From: Acidobacteriota bacterium
Lineage (GTDB): Bacteria > Acidobacteriota > UBA4820 > DSQY01
NCBI GenBank assembly: GCA_049967655.1
Contig: JBMFSH010000012.1
Coordinates: forward strand, 11,746 to 75,745
Direction of reading: 5' to 3'
Length of the DNA: 64,000 nt
Shown here: one piece after another, positions 63,146 through 64,000 of the stretch
Layout: every line of letters begins with the position of its first letter
How positions within the stretch are numbered: the stretch's first letter is position 1
Notes under the pieces: generated by a model
What the model saw: the letters and a program-made list of their open reading frames with translations, nothing else
The model's database searches: none
What the model was told of the DNA's origin: nothing
Translations under genes and position numbers: made by a program

Positions 63146-63520
63146 TTATGACTTTGGCCGCTTCGCTCCGTACTTTGAGCGGGCCTGGCGCCTGGCCTCC
63201 ACGCCCGTCGTATCCAGCTTGCCGCGGATGATGTGATACCGCACGCCCGGCAGATCCTTCACGCGACCGCCGCGGATGAGGACCACCGAGTGCTCCTGGA
63301 GGTTGTGCCCGACGCCGGGGATGTAGGTGGTCACCTCCATCCCGCTGGTGAGGCGCACGCGCGCCACCTTCCGGAGGGCGGAGTTGGGTTTCTTGGGCGT
63401 CGTGGTGTACACGCGAGTGCACACGCCGCGCTTTTGAGGATTCGCCTGAAGGGCAGGGCTCTTGGTCTTGTACTGAACCGCCTTGCGCCCCCTGCGCACG
63501 AGTTGATTGATGGTCGGCAC
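63146..63520 (-). CDS. rpsL: 30S ribosomal protein S12
   Basis: GTG start, [29 protein letters not shown]. Confidence 0.98.
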   Translation of the reverse strand: MPTINQLVRRGRKAVQYKTKSPALQANPQKRGVCTRVYTTTPKKPNSALRKVARVRLTSGMEVTTYIPGVGHNLQEHSVVLIRGGRVKDLPGVRYHIIRGKLDTTGVEARRQARSKYGAKRPKS

Positions 63521-63582
63521 AACGTCCTCCTTAGTGCGTTTGCCTTGCACGAGGGCCTTCCCCGAGGGGGAAAAGCCGGGAT

Positions 63583-63611
63583 AGCATACCGGACTTCCCC
63601 AATGCTGTCAA
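63583..63611 (-). promoter_or_regulatory. Sigma70 promoter of the str/S10 cluster
   Basis: Minus strand TTGACA(63611-06)-N17-TATGCT(63588-83). Confidence 0.8.
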
Positions 63612-63728
63612 CCCCCTAAGGAAACGCACTTTGGGGAGACCACCTCAACATTTTGCGGTTTGGAGGGCACACCCGTTGCGCTGGTGGAGGCGCGGGTTCT
63701 ACCCTTAGCCCAGGACTGGAGGAGCACC

Positions 63729-64000
63729 GTGCCGCTTCCCACGCCCGAGGAGTGCATGAGACTGGCGCTTGGCCTCGCCGAACAAGCCGCCCTCGAGGGG
63801 GAGGTGCCCGTGGGGGCGGCCCTCCTGGCCCCTGACGGGGCCATCTTCAGCGGCCGAAACCGTTGCGAGTCGATCGGCCCCCTGGACCATGCCGAGTTCG
63901 AAGCTATCCAATCGGGACTAGCTGCCCTGGGCCGCCGTGGCCTGGGGGCGTGCACCCTTTACGTGACCCTCGAGCCCTGCGTCATGTGCCTTGGCGCCAT
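63729..64000 (+). CDS. tadA: tRNA adenosine deaminase-like protein (runs off the window end)
   Basis: Not in the ORF track. Manual translation: ...MRLALGLAEQAALEGEVPVGA...DHAEFEAI...TLYVTLEPCVMCLGA. Confidence 0.88.
   Translation, partial: MPLPTPEECMRLALGLAEQAALEGEVPVGAALLAPDGAIFSGRNRCESIGPLDHAEFEAIQSGLAALGRRGLGACTLYVTLEPCVMCLGA

Overview
High-GC bacterial chromosome segment, probably Acidobacteriota (inferred from the SecY insertion before FYFGGTSLLIVVGVAMDT and the general gene content; not confirmed by any search). From 1 to 30 kb it holds housekeeping and envelope genes: menG/ubiE, heptose kinase, a GldA/F/G-DUF4340 ABC module, hsp20, mutS, glnA, udg, coaBC, aspS, hisS, aroA, smpB with an ECF sigma/anti-sigma pair, redox genes, ubiX and ubiA/mqnP. 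From about 30.1 to 38.0 kb lies an accessory island, partly lower in GC, in which four of five genes are broken: a truncated orphan gene; an intact secreted multidomain protein; a secreted MepA/LAS-like peptidase split over four frame segments; an MmeI-like type IIG restriction-modification gene; and an HNH nuclease gene. The last two each carry one in-frame TAG, and a long RNA-like hairpin follows them. From 38 to 44 kb are a CoA-disulfide reductase, a Kdo/WaaP-like kinase, mtaB, a TPR protein and rarA. From 44 to 63.5 kb is the complete str-S10-spc-alpha ribosomal cluster, with a divergent tadA at the window end. Most notable: the paired amber-interrupted defence genes, the cryptic peptidase plus partner operon, a stand-alone promoter-to-terminator unit at 13.1-13.3 kb (candidate sRNA or small protein), a non-canonical EF-Tu switch I, and an RNAP alpha-CTD lacking the usual DNA-contact residues. 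No rRNA, tRNA or CRISPR array was recognised.
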